Part shown: positions 30,021 through 40,845 of the stretch, in pieces
How positions within the stretch are numbered: position 1 is the stretch's first letter
How the letters are laid out: each line of letters opens with the position of its first letter
Source: Nitrospirales bacterium
GTDB lineage: Bacteria > Nitrospirota > Nitrospiria > Nitrospirales > UBA8639
Direction: 5' to 3'
Length of the DNA stretch: 64,000 nucleotides
NCBI GenBank assembly: GCA_963555755.3
Contig: OY820905.2
Coordinates: 3,552,001-3,616,000, forward strand
Translations under genes and position numbers: made by a program
Notes under the pieces: generated by a model
What the model saw: only the letters and a program-made list of their open reading frames with translations
Databases searched by the model: none
What the model was told of the DNA's origin: nothing

Positions 30021-31353
30021 CCAGCGGATCAACCCGTTCAATAAGACAGGACAACGATCCATCGGCAAGAAGCGCGCGAACCCGTTCTCCCGCTTGGACT
30101 TGAGTATGGCTTTTCACGATGTCCCCATTTGATTCTCGCTCGAGTACACTATACCCACGGGAGAGAATGGCGAGTGGGTTTAAGGTCTGCAGGGACATGG
30201 CAACAGTGCGAAACTGATGCCGTTTCGAACTCACCACCACCGGCATCGCCCTCTTCACTTGCGTGGAATATTGATGAACGAGCATCGATGCTCGTTTAAT
30301 GGTCTGATGAGGACTCCGCAGCATTAAAGCAGATGACAGGGCCATCAGGATCGGACGACGTTCCAGCTGTACACTTTTCATGGCACGTGTGAGGCGATGA
30401 TTCAAATCATCAATCCTCTGGACCTGCATCTGAAGAATATGCTGCGGATCAGGGAGCGCGCGATACGCCGCTCTGAACTGATGCCGAATCTTCACCAGTT
30501 GATTATGCATTCCCTGAAATACGCGCTCCCCATACACTTGTATTCCTCTGATTAACTCATCCAGGACTGGCGAGACTGCCTCCGCCGCCGCCGAGGGGGT
30601 CGGTGCACGATAGTCCGCCGCAAAATCAGCTAACGTCACGTCGATTTCATGACCAACGGCTGACACGACCGGGGTACGACAATCCGCGATAGCACGAACG
30701 ACTACCTCTTCATTAAAGCACCACAAATCTTCCCATGACCCACCACCTCGACCCACGATCATGACATCCACGTCGCCTTGATGATCACACCGCCTGATAG
30801 CCTCCGCAATTTGCTCTGCAGCCCCATCGCCTTGAACCAACACGGGATACAGCAGCACGCTGATTATGGGGCACCGACGGTGAAGAACCGTCAGAATATC
30901 GCGTAGCGCAGCACCGGTTTGTGAGGTGATGACACCGATTTTCCCTGGCAAAAACGGCAGCGATTGCTTGCGTGATGATTCAAATAATCCTTCTTTTTCG
31001 AGTTTCTCTTTGAGCTGTTCATACGCAAGCTGCAAGGCTCCCACGCCCTGAGGGTCAATGGAATCCACCAGCACTTGGTAGTCGCCTCGCGGTTCATACA
31101 CTGTCACTCTCCCGCGCACCACCACTTGGAGACCATTCTCCAAGGCAAATCTCAGCAGCACAGCGGTCCGACGAAACACCACCGCTCGAATTTGGCTCTT
31201 GTCGTCTTTCAGGGTGAAATACATGTGACCAGAGTTCGGCATGGCCAGATTCGACACTTCTCCTTGAACCCAAATACTGGAGAACGTGCGTTCGAGGGAC
31301 ATACGAATGTTGGTGGTAAGTTCAGTGACCGTAAGGGCAGTAGGTGTAGTCAC
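30010..31353 (-). CDS. xseA: exodeoxyribonuclease VII large subunit
   Basis: GEVSN...SGHMYFTLKD, GRGGGSWEDL, SAVGHEID, RAPTPSAAAE; likely GTG start at 31353. Confidence 0.97.
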   Translation of the reverse strand: MTTPTALTVTELTTNIRMSLERTFSSIWVQGEVSNLAMPNSGHMYFTLKDDKSQIRAVVFRRTAVLLRFALENGLQVVVRGRVTVYEPRGDYQVLVDSIDPQGVGALQLAYEQLKEKLEKEGLFESSRKQSLPFLPGKIGVITSQTGAALRDILTVLHRRCPIISVLLYPVLVQGDGAAEQIAEAIRRCDHQGDVDVMIVGRGGGSWEDLWCFNEEVVVRAIADCRTPVVSAVGHEIDVTLADFAADYRAPTPSAAAEAVSPVLDELIRGIQVYGERVFQGMHNQLVKIRHQFRAAYRALPDPQHILQMQVQRIDDLNHRLTRAMKSVQLERRPILMALSSALMLRSPHQTIKRASMLVHQYSTQVKRAMPVVVSSKRHQFRTVAMSLQTLNPLAILSRGYSVLERESNGDIVKSHTQVQAGERVRALLADGSLSCLIERVDPLANP

Positions 31354-31373
31354 GGGCAGCAGGGATGCGATTA

Positions 31374-31530
31374 GGGTTCGCGAAAGAATAACTTCCCCTG
31401 TTTGGGTGTTGAGGCGCCTGTCTGGCAAGGCGCGAGGACTGCGCATACTCCTCGTATGGAAAGGACGAGCAACGCCGCCAGACGGGATGGATCGACGCCC
31501 AAACAGGGGAAGTTATTCTTTCGCGAACCC
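31374..31530. mobile_element. MITE family B (TIR GGGTTCGCG..AGAATAACTTCCCCTGTTTGGG), TSD TTA
   Basis: ~33-bp TIRs flanked by TTA; copies at 51990-52147 and 61164-61320. Confidence 0.88.
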
Positions 31531-32310
31531 TTAGTCAAACTCTCTCACGCGTTGAATGCCCACGGCCTTGCCGGTATTGGGATCACACTCAATCAGCGCG
31601 GCGCTAAGCACGGCGGGTCCGGTGGCGACTTCAAACCGGCGAGGCATCTGCGTGAGAAATTTTTCAATGACAAGATCTTTCTTGAATCCAATGATGGAAT
31701 GGACCGGCCCAGTCATGCCGATATCAGTCAGATAGGCCGTCCCTTTGGGCAGGATCTGTTCATCAGCTGTTTGAACATGGGTATGGGTGCCAACCACCGC
31801 GGTCACTTGACCATCCAAAAAATGACCCATGGCCATTTTCTCTGATGTAGTTTCGGCATGCATATCGACGATGATCGTCTTGGTTCGTTCTCGAAGTTTG
31901 CCCACCTCCCGTCTTGCAACTTGGAACGGACAATCCAGTGCCGGCATGAAGGCTCGCCCCATCACTTGAAGAATGCCAACGGTCTCACCACTCGGCAAAT
32001 CAAGGACCAAAGTTCCCTGCCCAGGCGCCCCTTCGGGATAATTGGCCGGGCGCAATAGGCGAGGCTCTTTTTTATAAAACCCCATCGTTTCTTTTTTGTC
32101 CCAGGCGTGATTCCCCGTGGTGATGACCGACAGGCCTAAATCAAAAAGATCACCGGCTATTTCGGGGGTAATGCCAAATCCTCCGGCGGCATTTTCCCCA
32201 TTACCAAAAATCAAATCAACTCGATGGGTATCGACCACCTTGTGCAGTGTGCTGGTAATGACCCGGCGACCAGGCTCACCAACAATATCACCAATAAACA
32301 GAATAACCAC
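31531..32310 (-). CDS. ymdB: YmdB-like metallophosphoesterase
   Basis: GDIVG, NGENAAGG, GNHAWD, DMHAE.TSEK, GTHTH, TD.GMTG; follows rny. Confidence 0.93.
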   Translation of the reverse strand: MVILFIGDIVGEPGRRVITSTLHKVVDTHRVDLIFGNGENAAGGFGITPEIAGDLFDLGLSVITTGNHAWDKKETMGFYKKEPRLLRPANYPEGAPGQGTLVLDLPSGETVGILQVMGRAFMPALDCPFQVARREVGKLRERTKTIIVDMHAETTSEKMAMGHFLDGQVTAVVGTHTHVQTADEQILPKGTAYLTDIGMTGPVHSIIGFKKDLVIEKFLTQMPRRFEVATGPAVLSAALIECDPNTGKAVGIQRVREFD

Positions 32311-32343
32311 GATAGTTTCCTTTGATGCGGTTTACCACTCTTA

Positions 32344-33912
32344 TCACTTCGCAAACTCGACGTAACGGCTTTCCCGAATGACGGTGACCTTGATTTGTCC
32401 TGGATAGGTCATCTCCTGTTCAATTTTCTTGGATAACTCCCGTGACAATCGGAAGGATTCGCTATCAGAGAGTTCTCCTTGGCGAACAATCACGCGAACT
32501 TCGCGCCCCGCTTGGATGGCATACGCTTTGTCCACGCCTCCGAAACCCACGGCGAGGGCTTCCAGCTTCTGTAACCGCTTTACGTAGGCTTCCAGCGTCT
32601 CTCGTCGAGCGCCAGGCCGTGCAGCGGACAACGCCTCGGCCGCGGCCACGAGTACGGATTCAGGACAGATCGGCTCCACTTGTTCATGATGAGCCGCAAT
32701 CGCATTGACGATCTTCTCGGACTCGCCATATTTTTGGGCCAACTCGGCTCCTAACATGGCATGCGTGCCTTCTTCCTCATGACTCACGACCTTACCAATG
32801 TCATGGAGCAAGGCGCCACGTTTGGCCAGTTTGATATCTAAACCAAGCTCCGCAGCCATAATCCCACAAATATAGGAGGCTTCACGCGCATGATAGAGGT
32901 TGTTCTGTCCATAACTGAGTCGAAATCGCAGCCGGCCTAACAATTTCACAATTTCCGGATGAAAGTCTGAAAGGCCCACTTCGAAGATGACCTTCTCGGC
33001 TTCCTCTCGCATGAGTTTATCCAGGTCGCTTTTAACCTTTTCTACGACTTCTTCAATACGGGTCGGATGAATCCGACCATCCTGCATCAGTCGTTCAAGA
33101 GCGACCTTCGCCACTTCACGACGAAGCGGGTCAAACCCCGACACAATCACGGCTTCGGGCGTCTCATCCACAATCAAATCGACGCCTGTGGCAGCTTCCA
33201 ACGCACGAATGTTTCGGCCTTCCCGTCCGATAATCCGACCTTTCATGCCATCATTGGCCAACTGAACAACCGAAATCGTGGCCTCATTCAAATAATCCCG
33301 AGTAATACGCTGAATCGAATTGGTCACAATTTCGCGCGCTTCCCGATCAGCGGTTTCCCGCGCTTCCTCCAGAATGCGTTTGGTAAACCCCGTGGCTTCA
33401 AGCCTGACCTCACTTTCAATCTCAGTCAGCTGTTGCCGCTTGGCCTCCTCCATGGTCAGGCTGGCCACCCGCTCCAGGGCCTCACGATGTTCTCGAACGG
33501 TTTGCTCACACACCCGTTCACTTTTCTTCAGTGATTCTTCGCGTTGATCTACAGCACGTTCGCGTTTGCGATTCTCCTCTTCTTTTCGATCACTCGTGGC
33601 AACTTTACGGTCAAGACTTTCTTCGCGTTGGGTTATGCGTTTTTCCAATGAATTCAATTCGCCACGCTTGTCTTTTTCCTTTTTTCCAAGCTCAGCTTTG
33701 GCTTGAAACAGAAGATCCTTCGCTTCAATTTTAGCTTCCTTGGTGAGATTCTCTGCCTCCCGTGCAGCAGAGGCCTTGAGCTGTTTGTTCTGCTCTTCGG
33801 CATCACGACGTTGGGTTCCCAGTCGATTTCGCTGGACCACGGCATTCAGGACAAACCCCAACACCAACCCAAGGACACCCACAGCGATTGATATGGTTAA
33901 TGTGGTTGTCAT
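32344..33912 (-). CDS. rny: ribonuclease Y
   Basis: TM, coiled coil, KH (KGRIIGREGRNIR), HD (LLHDIGK), YPGQIKVTVIRE. Confidence 0.97.
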   Translation of the reverse strand: MTTTLTISIAVGVLGLVLGFVLNAVVQRNRLGTQRRDAEEQNKQLKASAAREAENLTKEAKIEAKDLLFQAKAELGKKEKDKRGELNSLEKRITQREESLDRKVATSDRKEEENRKRERAVDQREESLKKSERVCEQTVREHREALERVASLTMEEAKRQQLTEIESEVRLEATGFTKRILEEARETADREAREIVTNSIQRITRDYLNEATISVVQLANDGMKGRIIGREGRNIRALEAATGVDLIVDETPEAVIVSGFDPLRREVAKVALERLMQDGRIHPTRIEEVVEKVKSDLDKLMREEAEKVIFEVGLSDFHPEIVKLLGRLRFRLSYGQNNLYHAREASYICGIMAAELGLDIKLAKRGALLHDIGKVVSHEEEGTHAMLGAELAQKYGESEKIVNAIAAHHEQVEPICPESVLVAAAEALSAARPGARRETLEAYVKRLQKLEALAVGFGGVDKAYAIQAGREVRVIVRQGELSDSESFRLSRELSKKIEQEMTYPGQIKVTVIRESRYVEFAK

Positions 33913-34495
33913 GGCAGTCACCCCCTTCCTGGGCACTTCCTATGCCGACCCGGTTGCCCATAGATCGATAGAACAAGGGCAAATAGGCCTTCGTACACTT
34001 CCATCAATTTTTTTAGGGGATGTAGAAAAAAAACCCGGAGGAAAGCGGAGGAGTGAAAACGAGGCTAGAACAGATTCGCTACATTAAGAGTGGGACTGAA
34101 GTGTGAAAAACTGGATAATTTATGGTGAGTAATTGCCCATTCTATTGATTATTATCCAATGCTTCTCAACTTCATTCGTGACCAGCATGTATTGACTTCA
34201 CAGGTAGAGAGGTCAAAAACTGCTTCCTCTGTAGAAACAGCTCTCTCTTGGGCCATTTTGCTTGTAAGACGACACCTATCTCTCTCACTGTTCGACGATC
34301 TTGAACATCGAGTTTGCTCGATCACGCCCTCTTGTGTTTCAAAAATCCCACATTAACATTCCTCAAAAAATCCGTGCATACATTCCACATCCACTACAAA
34401 AACGTCATGTCCCTCTCAAATCGATAGAATTACTTTTTCTTCTCTCAAACGTTACCATGCCACCCTGCCTCTGGCAAGTAAGTAACCCTAAAGAG

Positions 34496-36399
34496 CAGGG
34501 CCATTTCATTCTTTTTATAAGCAAGGGATTCCATGAGGTTTTTTGTGCGCTCTTTTTCAGGGCAGGGCCATGCGGATGGCTAAATGGGGCTTGCCCCAGA
34601 GCAGTCTACACGCCTGCGCGATATTGGTGTAGCCTTTCAGGCGTAAGAGACTGATGGCATAGCGTCTCAGACAGGTCATGACCATTGGGCCATTGAGACT
34701 TCGTATCTGACTCCTGTCTTCATCAAAGGTGACGTCCAACACATAATGCTGCTTATTCTCCACACTCCAATGCTTTCGGTTTTGCGAGAGGATGGTCTTC
34801 GGCCCCGCCTTGTCTTTGGACTGACTCGTGACACCGCAGACCGCTTCGACGGTCGTGAGGCCCTGCTTGAGATGCGTCACTTCCCTCTCAATGCAGAAGA
34901 CTTGCTGGACATGAGGAAAGTTGACATAGGCATTCAGGGAGTCATCGCACCAGATCCTGCGGGTCGTGATCTGCCCATGGCCTTTCTCGGTGGTGGCATA
35001 ATCGCACCGGCGTGCTCGCAACGCTAAGGCCTCAATGTCGTGCTTCAAGGTGGGCTGGTTTCCCTTGACGGTGAAGACGAAGTCGGCGCCGCGTTCGTGC
35101 ACCAGGTACTCGGCAATCTCTTTCTGGGTGAGGAGCGCATCCGCCGTGATCACCTTCCCTGCGATCTCGAGCGCATCTAACAGGGGCCGCACGCAGGGGA
35201 TCTCATTGGTCTTGGAGTGAACTTTTTTTGGGTGAGGTGGCGCCCGGCTTGATGGGTGACGGCGCTGAGGACGTGGGTCTGTTCGCTTGGGACCTTCGAC
35301 GTCCCCCGCATGGTCTTCCCATCAATGGCAATGCCCTGATCCTCCCCGCCGAAGGTGTCCAGCCACCGGCCGAGCAGGGTATCGACTTCACAGGGGTCGA
35401 CGGCCGTGATAAAGCGGTAAAGAGTGCTGCGGCTCGGGACGAGGTAGCGCCCCCCTCGCTGAGTACAGCCTAGCCGCTTGCGCATCGGCTGCGATAACTG
35501 CTGGGCCCAGTCCGAGATCGCTTCATAGCCGCGCGCGCCGCACAAGGTGGCACAGAACATGATCGCCGTGAGGGCGCGTCGGGTGTGCCGTTGCCCTTGC
35601 AAATGGCGGGGATCGGTCAGCTGCACCACATACGTAAAGAGGGAGTCCGTCTGTTTTGTATTCAATCTCATCTGAGGCGCTTCTCCTTTCTGATAGGGCT
35701 GATCAAGCATCGGGCGTGCAAGGATCTCTCGGGCTTGGGGATGCAGCCGCACGACTAGGATGCGCTTCGGTCTCTCATGCTGAACATAACACGTGTTCGA
35801 CTTGCGAAACCCTCGTGTCAGACCGAGCTCGTGCCACCCGGCGGCCCGATAGCAGGTCCCGGTGAAGCGGGCAGGATCGACGAAGGTCTCTAAGAGGAGC
35901 AAGGGGTAGCCGTGGTACAGTTGCCAATCGGCCGAGATCCGTTTCGCGCAGAGCGACAGGACTTTCGAGGCGAGGTTCTTTTGCGAACAGCCCGGCAGCA
36001 TGAGAAACCGGGTGTTGTTGGCCAGTAAATGGAGTCGTTGCCATTGAAAACAGGGGGGCCAGCCGATCCAGTGGTCTCGCGGTCTCGATTTGAGGGCCGC
36101 CGCCGCAAACACCAGCAAGGCCAGCCAGCGATCCTGCACACAGGCGAGATATTGTATCGATTGGCCAATCAGCGGGGCATGACCGAGGTAGTGGTGTCTG
36201 TCGAGAAGGGTCTTGAAGGCGTCCTTTTCGTCTCGGACAATTGGGCGAACCACGACTTGCCTCAGATCAATGTCCGGCTGTCCGCTTGGCGATTCGTCTG
36301 GCATGCAAAAGAGTATGCCGTAAACGAAAAGAAAAAGCCAGCCTAAATCGATTATTCCTTATTATCTATAAAGTTACACTTTAATATGAAATAGCCCTG
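34496..36399 (-). mobile_element. ISAs1-family element encoding a DUF4338-fused transposase
   Basis: TIRs CAGGGC(C/T)ATTTCAT; 10-bp TSD CCCTAAAGAG (34486-34495 and 36400-36409). Confidence 0.92.
34557..36304 (-). CDS. DUF4338-ISAs1 transposase with a -1 frameshift at A-AAA-AAG (35222-35229)
   Basis: ORF 35177-36304 (HHYLG..RDHWIGW..GTCYRAAGW, then DPR and AIDGKT) joins the -1 frame K.NEI..ITADAL..VKGNQP..HWSVEN..LDVTFDED. Confidence 0.85.
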
Positions 36400-36401
36400 C
36401 C

Positions 36402-36698
36402 CTAAAGAGCAGAGTTACCGCCAATTTCGGCGTCAATACACCTTAAGAGCCCTGTCGCTCGCCGTTCAATTTCGGCCTCACCGGCCTGACGGCGACTTTC
36501 CTGCTGAAAGAGTTGGTCAGCAATGTTAATCGCCGCCAAAATCGCAACTTTGGTTGGGGTCGAGGTGGTCAAATTTTTGGCAATAGATTTCATCTGTCCC
36601 TCGACATACAACGCCAATTCATGCGCATAGTGCTCATCGCCATCGCCCTGAAGGGCTAACCGTTGACCAAAGACGTCCACCTCAACTGCGTTCGTCAC
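36402..36698 (-). CDS. zapA: cell division protein ZapA
   Basis: VEVDVFGQ...LA.YV...KVAILAAINIADQL. Confidence 0.92.
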   Translation of the reverse strand: MTNAVEVDVFGQRLALQGDGDEHYAHELALYVEGQMKSIAKNLTTSTPTKVAILAAINIADQLFQQESRRQAGEAEIERRATGLLRCIDAEIGGNSAL

Positions 36699-36948
36699 AG
36701 GCTACCTCTGGCAGTTCATTGTCCTGAGTTTCTAGAAAGTGCAGGTCATCCAAGACTTTTTCAATTCTGGTCCGAATGTGCGCACGTTCTTCTTCCCAAT
36801 CCTGAGAAAGCCCTTCCTGCTGATCAAGGTTTTGACGAGCTTGAGCTAATTCCTGTTGAAGCACACCATTGGCCTGTTTTAAATCTTGAACCATGTCAAC
36901 CAGTCGTTTGACTCGAACCTCCAGAGCTTCCAATTTTTCCAAGTCCAC
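36682..36948 (-). CDS. zapB: ZapB-like coiled-coil protein
   Basis: LEALEVRVKRLV...ER..IR.RIEKVL; directly upstream of zapA. Confidence 0.75.
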   Translation of the reverse strand: MDLEKLEALEVRVKRLVDMVQDLKQANGVLQQELAQARQNLDQQEGLSQDWEEERAHIRTRIEKVLDDLHFLETQDNELPEVACDERS

Positions 36949-36982
36949 AAGTATTACACCTTAGTTAATATACGCTTGTGAG

Positions 36983-37011
36983 ACTATAGAAGCTTCAACA
37001 ACCCTTGTCAA
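36983..37011 (-). promoter_or_regulatory. sigma70-like promoter for zapB-zapA (TTGACA-N17-TATAGT)
   Basis: Read on the - strand, overlapping the slt 3' end. Confidence 0.6.
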
Positions 37012-39238
37012 GAGAAGAACCACTACATCTAGTAGAATAGAGGTCTCGATACACATGATAGCTGGTCAATACACGCTTCACATACCTCCTCGTTTCTTTA
37101 TAGGAAATGAGTTCCACAAATTCATCAGCTTCCCGGTGGCCATTCTTATTCACCCAACGCTTGACAGCATTCGGCCCGGCATTATAGGCCGCAATCACTC
37201 GAATCACTTTTCCATCATTTTCCCCGAGCAATTGTCTCACATACTGAACACCCAATTGAATGTTGATTTTGCCAGAAAATAAATCTTCTCGCTCGATGGA
37301 CGATAGACCAATCCGATTCGCGACTCGCTGTGCGGTGGCCGGCATGAGTTGCATCAGGCCAATGGCACCCACCGGTGAAAGAGCTTGGGGATTATACAAA
37401 CTTTCCTCGCGAATAATCCCGGCAATGAGATACGGATCAACCTGGGAGTCGGCATAATGTTGAATGGTGGGAAGGTACCCATTGGGATAGGCCATAGACC
37501 ATAAGGCCGAAGTACGGGGTACACGGTGGCGTTCAACAGCGTCTCGAAAATGCCGCCTGGCAATCAGAAGCGCCTGGTCGTAGGCTTTGACCTCTCCTAA
37601 TTGAACAGCAATTTTGAACAACACACCCTGTGTTGATCGAAACGTTTTGCTCACACGCAACAGTTCACCAGTCGCCTCCTCCATCAAGCCAAGAATGGCC
37701 AGTTCCTGGGCCTTCTGGTAGTGGCGATCGTGTTCCAAAAGAGTACGAGTGCTGGAAGACATATCAGGTTCTTGAAGGAACACCTGTCCTGTCCCCCGTG
37801 AATCAATCGGCCGGGAAACAAGCCGAGTTTGCGCGAGTTGCCCATAATAGGTCATGGGAAATTCTTGGAATACTCGCCGATAGTGTTCTTGCGCCTTCTC
37901 ATGTAACCCAAGGTTCGCCAATGAACGGCCAGCCCAATATTGGGCTTGGGCTTCCCTACGCCAGCCTTTGGCCTGTTTGAGTATACGTGCGAATACCTGG
38001 TGAGCCTTCTGAAAATCCTCTTGTTGATAGTACAACCATCCCTGACGCCACATGGCATCGAAACGTGCTCGGGAAGACCCAGCAAGGTCAGCTGCCCGTT
38101 GATAGGCCTTTACGGCTTTTTGAAATGCGCCCTGATCTTCGTACCAAATCCCGCACATCCATTGGATCTGAGAACGTTCACTGGATTTCACCCCGGAAAG
38201 ACGCGATTGACTCAGCCCAATTAACTGGGCACCTTGCCCTTGCCGAAGGTACACTCGAGCCAGCCATTCGGTGGCTTGCCCACGGTAAGACGTTCGTCCT
38301 TGCGACAACCTGAGAAAGAGTTGCTGTGCCTGAGGATATTGCTTGAGACGCACATGGGCCATGGCTAATTTAAATTGTCCCTTCTCAAGACTCGGACTGG
38401 CAGGACGCCCCTTCAAAAATCGTTTCAGATCGGCAATCGCCGATTCAAAATGCGCCTGATCATAATAGGCTTTGGCACGACGGAAATAATCTCCTAAGGA
38501 GGGCTTCCAGAAACCTTGGATCACGTGGCCTTTTTTAACATCCTCATGAACGGTCTTGGCTTCAGGGGAAAGGGGATACCGCCACCACAATTTACGCAAG
38601 GTATCGATGGCCAATTGGGGTTGATCCAGCACTCTGGCGCAATCAGCAATGACCTGCAACGCACCAGGGGCATCATCCGAATCAGGGTCGAGTGCCAGGG
38701 CTTTCTGAAGATGGTGAATCGCATGATGACATTGCCCCGCTTCGTGCCAAGCAAAACCTCCACCAAAATGTATCTCCTTCTTCAGGATTGATTGCGGTTC
38801 CTGCTCCAAAATCGACTCAAAGGTGGCAGCGGCCTGTTGACTCAAATCCGCATCACGCAACGCCTGCGCAATCCACACCCGAATATAATCCCGGAGAAGA
38901 GGAAAGTTTTTTTCTGCGTCTTGCAGATACGGTAAGGCTTGGGATGGTTGAGTCTCGAGCAGGATATGTCCCAATCGGAGGCCCGCACGGTTACCCCATT
39001 CCGATTCAGGATATTGCTTCTGGATTTCTTCCAAATGTGAAAGGCGTGTGTCGATGTCCTGGGAATGGCGTTCCGCGATGTCGAGGGCACGATAGAAACA
39101 TTCCTTCGCGGTTTGACAACGCACGTCTGGAACGTCAGGTTCGGGCAAGGTTTGTGCCCCAGTGAAAAAGAAAATCAGCAGGACACCGCTCAGTCCCCCA
39201 AAGATCGGTAGCTGAAACCTGTGACGAAAGCTCTTCAT
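36995..39238 (-). CDS. slt: soluble lytic transglycosylase with TPR repeats
   Basis: IREES, GAIGLMQLMP.TA, AAYNAG, ETRRYVKRV; N-terminal signal/TM and TPRs. Confidence 0.9.
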   Translation of the reverse strand: MKSFRHRFQLPIFGGLSGVLLIFFFTGAQTLPEPDVPDVRCQTAKECFYRALDIAERHSQDIDTRLSHLEEIQKQYPESEWGNRAGLRLGHILLETQPSQALPYLQDAEKNFPLLRDYIRVWIAQALRDADLSQQAAATFESILEQEPQSILKKEIHFGGGFAWHEAGQCHHAIHHLQKALALDPDSDDAPGALQVIADCARVLDQPQLAIDTLRKLWWRYPLSPEAKTVHEDVKKGHVIQGFWKPSLGDYFRRAKAYYDQAHFESAIADLKRFLKGRPASPSLEKGQFKLAMAHVRLKQYPQAQQLFLRLSQGRTSYRGQATEWLARVYLRQGQGAQLIGLSQSRLSGVKSSERSQIQWMCGIWYEDQGAFQKAVKAYQRAADLAGSSRARFDAMWRQGWLYYQQEDFQKAHQVFARILKQAKGWRREAQAQYWAGRSLANLGLHEKAQEHYRRVFQEFPMTYYGQLAQTRLVSRPIDSRGTGQVFLQEPDMSSSTRTLLEHDRHYQKAQELAILGLMEEATGELLRVSKTFRSTQGVLFKIAVQLGEVKAYDQALLIARRHFRDAVERHRVPRTSALWSMAYPNGYLPTIQHYADSQVDPYLIAGIIREESLYNPQALSPVGAIGLMQLMPATAQRVANRIGLSSIEREDLFSGKINIQLGVQYVRQLLGENDGKVIRVIAAYNAGPNAVKRWVNKNGHREADEFVELISYKETRRYVKRVLTSYHVYRDLYSTRCSGSSLDKGC

Positions 39239-39625
39239 TCCCTTACGAGGCTCCTACGGAATTGCGACACTCACGTATACACTATTGATCTTCGCCATTA
39301 TTGGTGGACCATTCAAAAAGATCAACGCACATTTTTTTCGCAAAATCAATAACAGACTACCTGTTAGTCTTGTCTCCCCTCAATCATCTGTTGTCCAAGG
39401 AGAGCAAAATCGAAGGGCAGGAAAAGATCGATCCGTTATGTTCGGTTTCTGTTCAACTCTTAACAATATCGGTAAACGAGTGAGGTGTGTTAAGATTTTT
39501 CCCTCTGGGCACAGGATCATTCAACCTAGAAACGGCAGTTGGATCACAAAAGTCTGCGCAAGCTCTTGTTGGATCATACGGAATGGATGGTTCCAGATAT
39601 AGGGGCTGTTGAATATATCGCGTCA

Positions 39626-40637
39626 TATGCCTTCCCATTTAACTAAGGTTGCTTCAGTTTATTGAATCCCAAGGGTTTTGAGCTGCTGGTCAGGATTTTC
39701 AACAAACTCTGGAAGGTACTCATTGGAGTCTCACGGCGGTTATAGCGAAAGACAAACTCATCAAGATAGTGTTGCAGGTATTTTGAATCCACTCCATGGT
39801 GAATCCCGTTCAGCCAGGTCTGCAGATTGCCGAACGCTCTATGGATGTGTGGAGCGTGCTTCCCAGCACTTGCTGGGTCACCCTGGGTCCGTCTCAGGTG
39901 TTCGTATCCTGCCAAGGCTTTTGCCGAGTATCCCTTCCAACCATCGGACTTGATCTTACTGCCCTCAGCGACATGGCTATTGAGGAATGCTTTGATCTCG
40001 TTCTCTCCAGCGTCTTGAAGAATCGCTAATCGTAAACGCCCTGCTTTCTCTCGAAAGTGATCCCCTTGTGTGTACGTGACAATTTCTACGGCTCCGGCTA
40101 TTAACGTCTTGGTTTTCGCTTTCGCGACGCCACGGCCCGTTTTGCCTTTTACCGGTCCACCGATATGGGTTTCATCGGCTTCAACTGTTCCTGCGAGCCG
40201 TTCACGGTTCTGTCGTACCATTCCTCGTCGCAATCTGTGGAGCAAATACCAGGCGCTATCCACCTTCTTGATACTGAGTTGACGCTGCAATTGCACAGCA
40301 CTGATGCCAGGTGTGTGCGTGGAGACGAAATAGGCAGCCCAAAACCAAAGCCGTAGCGGCAAGTGCGATCTATGCATCACTGTGCCGCTTAGCGGTGATG
40401 TCTGTCTATGACACGACGAACACTCAAACCGGAAATATTTTTTGAGCCACCAACCACCGCGATGACCGCAAGCTGGACACATAAACCCGTCTGGCCACCG
40501 AATCGCCCGCAAGTACTCGAAGCACGCTTCTTCGGTGTGGAACCTAACAGAAAAATCCAAGATATCAGCAGCATACCCTGTGTCCATAGTCCAGCAGACT
40601 AGTCTAGGGACTAACCTTAGTCAAATGGGAAGGCATA
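39626..40637 (-). mobile_element. IS1595-family element inserted in a family A MITE tail
   Basis: TIRs TATGCCTTCCCATTT(A/G)ACTAAGG; 8-bp TSD TCGCGTCA. Confidence 0.92.
39643..40587 (-). CDS. IS1595-family transposase
   Basis: Zn ribbon CPAC..CSSC, VEADET, SDGWKGY, YLDEFVFRYNRR. Confidence 0.95.
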   Translation of the reverse strand: MDTGYAADILDFSVRFHTEEACFEYLRAIRWPDGFMCPACGHRGGWWLKKYFRFECSSCHRQTSPLSGTVMHRSHLPLRLWFWAAYFVSTHTPGISAVQLQRQLSIKKVDSAWYLLHRLRRGMVRQNRERLAGTVEADETHIGGPVKGKTGRGVAKAKTKTLIAGAVEIVTYTQGDHFREKAGRLRLAILQDAGENEIKAFLNSHVAEGSKIKSDGWKGYSAKALAGYEHLRRTQGDPASAGKHAPHIHRAFGNLQTWLNGIHHGVDSKYLQHYLDEFVFRYNRRETPMSTFQSLLKILTSSSKPLGFNKLKQP

Positions 40638-40688
40638 TCGCGTCATTTGCAAATAAATGCCCTAGAGGAGCCAAGCATTGTCAAGGGG

Positions 40689-40811
40689 AGGGAATGTTCA
40701 AAAAAGATCGTCCAGCAAGGCCGCAGCCGTTTTGACGCGCGGAGCGTACTCATAGTACGTGAGCACGGCAAAAGGGCGAGAACGCCGCTGGCGGCTTTTT
40801 TCAACATTCCC
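40689..40811. mobile_element. MITE family A core
   Basis: GGGAATGTTCAAAAAAG...CTTTTTTCAACATTCCC; its tail extends to 39602 across the IS1595. Confidence 0.8.
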
Positions 40812-40823
40812 ATATATGAATTG

Positions 40824-40845
40824 GTAGGGTGGGCATCGCCCACCA
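40824..40845. repeat. GTAG-class REP-like palindrome GTAGGGTGGGCATCGCCCACC
   Basis: Inverted copy at ~49107-49128. Confidence 0.7.
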
